A stretch of DNA of 64,000 nt from Lophium mytilinum. Its lineage: Eukaryota. The position numbers were made by a program, and so were the translations under genes. Below are positions 59,120 through 64,000 of the stretch, piece by piece (within the stretch, counting starts at the first letter, position 1; the number at the start of each line of letters is the position of its first letter). The stretch covers positions 1,472,816 to 1,536,815 of the forward strand of contig MU004191.1 in the NCBI GenBank assembly GCA_010093605.1, in the 5' to 3' direction. The notes beneath the pieces were generated by a model. The model made no database searches. It worked only from the letters and a program-made list of their open reading frames with translations, and was not told the origin of the DNA.

Positions 59120-60757
59120 ATGTTACTTCTGCATTGGACAGCATGTCGTCATGCGATCCGAACACCAATTCTTGCGCCAGCTTCCCGAGCACTCAGCATA
59201 TCCTCTCGACTCGCGAAAGACCCACGTCTTGGTGACATCGGACGCGTTATAGAGGACGAATATGCGATAGTACGAGACAATTACGGTATGTTGAATGCAT
59301 TACCCCATGGAGAATACAGAGGCTGACTTCATTCAGAAACTCCCGTACGCTCAACCTCCCTCCGCTACCACACTTCTCTAACTCTCTAGAAAAACCCCAT
59401 TATCCTCGCGCATGGCCTCCTCGGCTTCAACGAACTCAAACTAGGTGGATCCATGTTACCTGGTATCCATTACTGGCGAGGAATAACGGAAGCCCTTTCT
59501 CAGAAGGGCATTGAAGTTATTACAGCGGCTGTGCCCGCCTCAGGCAGTATAGAAGCAAGGGCCGAGAAACTCGCAGAGACCATTGCGGAGAAGGCGCATG
59601 GGAAGAGTGTGAATATAATAGCGTAAGCTCATAAAGCTGTGTCCGAGCAAAAGATGAACACTAACTTGTCGTAGGCATTCTATGGTACGGAGTATATTGA
59701 AGTCTGACATATATACGTTACTAACAGTTATTAGGGGTACATACGACAGCTTCTTTTATGGCGAGAGATATAGAGATCTAACCAAAAAAACAGTGGACTT
59801 GATTCTCGCTACATGATCAGCCAGCTCAAACCTCCCAATGTCCGCGTACTATCGTTGACTACCATTGCAACTCCTCACAGGGGATCTGCTTTTGCGGATT
59901 ACATGTTCGACACGATTCCGCGTACTTGCTCTACTCTGCTCTTATCTTTTGTTTTCAGCTGACCGTTCACAGCACGCGCAGTAAAGAGGATCTACAAGGC
60001 GCTTGAATACGTTGGATTCGAAACCGGTGCCTTTTCGCAAGTACGTAAGCCCTCGATACAGATAAAAGGTTTCCTAGCAATCTGTGTATTCAAGAAACTA
60101 CTCAGGGAGTATACCGACACGACCGCTCTGAAGGATTTGCTAACTTTATTGCCACCTTAAGTTAACCCGGAGATACATGGCAGAAAGCTTCAATCCCAGA
60201 ACCCCAGACGTGGATGGAATTCGGTTCGACCCCTCACACAAAAACGAGCAGACACCTTTGCTCGGTCTACTAATCGCTTTGCAGCTACTTCTCCTACGGA
60301 GCGACCCTCGAGCCGACATTCTGGTCTATCTTTAAGCCTTCCCACAACATCATAAAGCGCATTGAAGGCGCACCTAACGATGGGCTCGTCAGGTGTGTAA
60401 TCATGACAGTAAAGGAAATTCGACGGCTTACTCATATCCTATTGGTAGCGTTCCCTCTAGCCAGTGGGGTGAATACAAGGGCACTCTTGTCGGCGTAAGC
60501 CATTTGGATCTGATCAACTGGACGAATCGAATCAAGTGGTTCTTCTGGGAGCTAACCGGAAGTAAACGAAAGTGAGAGGCTGCTTCATCTCAATGTATAA
60601 CTTCGATCCTACAAGGCTGACTTTCGTGAAGCTTCAATGCAATCGCGTTCTATCTAGACATTGCAGGTAAGCTGCGTTTCACTCATTGAACACGAGACGG
60701 GCTTGGTAGGCTAATAGCGAATCATGGGTAGACATGCTGGCAAAGGAGGGCTTGTGA
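59120..60757 (+). CDS. TGL2: Tgl2-type triacylglycerol lipase
   Basis: Twelve exons by manual splicing: PIILAHGLLGF, YWRGI, AHSMGGLDSRY, TPHRGS, NDGLVSV, SHLDLINW, MLAKEGL*. Confidence 0.88.
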
Positions 60758-61347
60758 TTCCAATCAGTCTGCATGAGAATGAACGAGCTTCGTCCTTCGC
60801 AGGGCTGAAGCCTTCAATCCAGCTGGACAACCCCTATACGTGCAGGAGCAACGTAAGCCTTGCTAGATTCATTCACATTTGATACGTCCCAGGAAGCTGG
60901 GGGTCAGAGCTTCCATCCGCAGCGGCGCTTTGTGCTGCAGAGAGTGTGGCTCAGCCCGTGGCGGCACGAGTCCCTCGGAGATCAACAACTTCAGATTCCT
61001 GCCGCTGTAAATATGTAAAATCGTAGTGTAGATACTTATGAATGAAGATGTTGGTTGAATGCCATTTGATGTTCAATTTGTGTGGAGTCGCTGCTATTAC
61101 TCGATTTATCTCATGAGAATTTATCTTTTATTTCGTCATAGTCGGAAGCGCCGGTGACTGGTTTGGTGAGCATTTCGCCAGCAGGAAATACTGACGCGGA
61201 CAAACGGGCAGTGCAGAGTACGGAACACCTCTAGGGCTCCATCAAACACTGGCCAAGACTTCCAGATCATTTCACGACGACTACTAAAGGACGGCGTGCG
61301 ATGCCTGACCGTGATCCAAGGCGGCATCTGAACGTTACGTTCGCATC

Positions 61348-63056
61348 ATGATCGTCCAAATCCGCCTGGATAAACCACACGCGCATTTCACCAACCTCGA
61401 TGTCATCAGCGGCAGGGTCCTCCTCCGTGTCCCCAATACTACCAATGTATCTGCGATAGTCGTGAAGCTTGAGGGCGAGTCGCGCACTCGACTTCTTGCG
61501 CCGACGCGACCAGATAGACAAAACCAGGCCAGACCCGTGCTAGAGGTCCATAAAGTGAGAAGCCACCAGTACTGGACGCAGGAGATGCCAAAAGTGTGCT
61601 TTATATTGGAATGTATTGTTAATAGCGCATAGATCCTATACAAGACACAGGCTGTATGGCCATCGCAAAACCTGCAAGACCCCGCCTGGCAACAGAAGAG
61701 CTTTACCATAAACGCTGGCCAATATGAATACCCTTTCCAATTCAAGGTGAGGCCCTACGTATATGACTTGACGCAGCACCAAGCTAACTTATTCGTCCTC
61801 AGCTACCCTTCAACAATGCCTGTGTTGCGGCAAACAGCCTTGCAACAAATCTCAACTTCTCCGGCCTTGCGATGGAGGTTGCGAAGACACCCACCCACCA
61901 TGTCAAACAGACCCTCCCTCCCTCCTTGAACGGATTTCCCGGCGAGGCAGAGATAAGATACTTTGTGAAGGTTACAGTGAATCGGCCGCAATTTTACAAG
62001 GAGAATCCACGAGCTGTAAGTTGGACGTCTCGGCTGTGGTAGATTCGATCTAACGAACATTTCAAGTGGTCGAACTTCACGTTTCTCCCAATCGAGCCTC
62101 CGAGACCTCCTCGCGCGGATGGAGAAGCGTATGCAAGGCGACAACACCAGTTTCTCGACATGTCTGGAGACACGGGAAAGAGAAAGCAGAGCTTCTTCGA
62201 TGGGATGAGAAAGAAGGATCAGGCAACAACTCCCACCACTCCAGTATCACCATCGAGTGCCCCTCCACGATTCACTGTTGACGCACGTCTACCAAATCCT
62301 GCCGTTCTTACGTGCAATGAGGAAATTCCTTTGAAGATTCTCGTGAAGAGCTTGAGCGAGCGTACCAAAAACGTCTATTTGCAATCGCTTCAAATCGAAC
62401 TGATTGGTTACACTAAAGTGCGAGCACACGAAGTCCATAGGACTGAATCGAACAGTTGGATTATCAACACTATGAGCAATATGGCAATCCCGCTGGGTGA
62501 TCCGACAGATCCCGTTGGCACAGAAGTGGCAATCAACCCAGAGTACTGGTCAGGCAAAACCCTGCCTAACACTGTAGCGCCTTCCTTCGAAACTTGCAAT
62601 ATATCGAGGTCCTATGAGCTGGAAATCCGCGTGGGCCTAGGATATGGCACTTACGAGCACGGGAGAGATCAGTTGACTGTACTGCCACTACGCCTTCCAG
62701 TCAAGGTTTTCTCTGGTATCAAACCCCCGGCTGCCCTGCTTCAAGCTATGGCCTCTGGGGATGGGAAGCTCCAGCCTGGTCTCGCGCCCGCGTCTCTCCA
62801 GCCCGAGGCGGGCCCTGTCATGCCCCATACACCTGTCGATCCTCCACCATTCTCCAACAATCACTTCCCCCCTCAGCAAGGCGCGCCATACCAGCCGCCT
62901 CCGATGGCGGCGGGTTTTGAAGACGCTCCTCCGAGTTACGAAGATGCCGTCGCGCAGGACCTCCCGCCTATTAATGGGTATAGAGGGGAGTACCAGCCTC
63001 CGCCTTTCCCGGAAGGGGAGCCGAGGTTTTCTGGGGATGAGAAAAGACGGCCGTAA
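61348..63056 (+). CDS. Alpha-arrestin (arrestin-N domain) protein with PY motif
   Basis: AIVVKLEGESRT, YEYPFQFK, LPPSL, APSFETCNISRSYEL and a C-terminal PPSY. Three introns. Confidence 0.85.
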
Positions 63057-63870
63057 GGGGGGCTTAGTGACGAGTTACGATGGACATTGTTTGGTGAGAG
63101 ATATCCACGATGGTTTCTTACAGAGGGGCTGTTCACTGGTAATTGCTCGGGCTATTGCTTGGCACTTTCAGAATTTGGGGGCCGTATGACGGACACCGGT
63201 TTATGATTAGACTTATAATGAAACTCTTTTCTTTTCTTTGAAGACCAGTATGGTAGCTTCTGGTGGCGTAGAAGCACCAACGTACTACCTAGTAATAGAA
63301 GCCGGGGGCAGCTGTTAATTCGAATCTGCGTACACCCTTCTGACGTTGTCTAGGTTTTACTAGTTGTACAAATGCTGAATCTCTCTTATTCGGAATGCTG
63401 AAAATACTAGGAAGCTCCTCGAGCATTGTCGAATGAAGGTGCAGACATTTACGACGAAGCATTGTAGCATCGGCTTTGTTCACGTGAGACAGTAACCCAC
63501 GACAAGAGTAACAAAGAGATCGAGTCCAACCTATAGATTCTGCACATGCATACCCTCCTTGAAGCCCATCCACCACCTGCACGACAAACGTTTCGGAAGA
63601 CGCGACGCCGACGCGAAACGATTGGCCGACAATTCACTCGGGCCTGCTTTCGCGGGGGTGACTAAAAAGATGCGAGCGTTGCCAGGGTGTCCCCGAACTG
63701 TAAACAACCATCAACCACCTCGCCTCGACTTCCTCAATAAAAACCCACCTTTTAGATCTCGAACATCACATCTTCCTTCGCCGCAGTCTCTACCGCTACA
63801 GGGTTACCAGACACTGTTTTTAGGAAGCCTTCCCCAGAAACCCGCTTTTGCATACCACCGAACATCGAAC

Positions 63871-63983
63871 ATGGACTCCCTCAGCAACCCGCCCTCGATG
63901 TCGAACGCAGACATGGCGACGACGGAAGCCAAGATCTCGCCGCCGTCGCGGTCGGCGAGCAGCAATGCGAATGTCACAAAGCG
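63871..63983 (+). CDS. Probable first exon of a gene continuing beyond the window
   Basis: ATG-initiated MDSLSNPPSMSNADM...NVTKR followed by the donor GTGCGT. The product cannot be identified. Confidence 0.4.
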
Positions 63984-64000
63984 GTGCGTATCCATCCTAC

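Noticed and set aside
60041..60161. 121-nt lipase intron starting GTACGTAAGC as a possible stwintron
   Set aside because: The only AG|GT that would rebuild a donor gives a ~24-nt internal intron without a branch point, which is too short.

Overview
Gene-dense eukaryotic chromosomal DNA from a filamentous ascomycete (Pezizomycotina, probably Dothideomycetes), inferred from short GT-AG introns with CTRAC branch points and fungal-type proteins. About 21 intron-containing or intronless protein genes are supported, mostly housekeeping genes in tight head-to-head pairs: NDUFS4/ATP17, RPO41/PRP22, ERCC6L2-like/RRP41, POL32/TBCD and PET117/VMA10. Others are an Asi-type RING ligase, an F-box/UIM protein, a Tgl2-type lipase, an alpha-arrestin, an M43 metalloprotease and an SGNH esterase. 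A gene-poor block at about 16.2-27.7 kb holds a triple zinc-repeat protein and two TA-flanked Tc1/mariner-type MITEs, one of them a 114-bp near-perfect hairpin. The most unusual observations are: (i) a spliceable, apparently intact but catalytically degenerate half-eIF4A (Q-motif kept, DEAD read as DDIT, no second RecA domain), transcribed divergently from an F-box-like gene and carrying a foldback element in an intron; (ii) an obligatory 2-nt microexon in the lipase catalytic elbow; (iii) a large disordered protein with PRRC2/BAT2-like architecture. No tRNA, rRNA or CRISPR array was recognised. Gene models were spliced by eye and no database searches were run.
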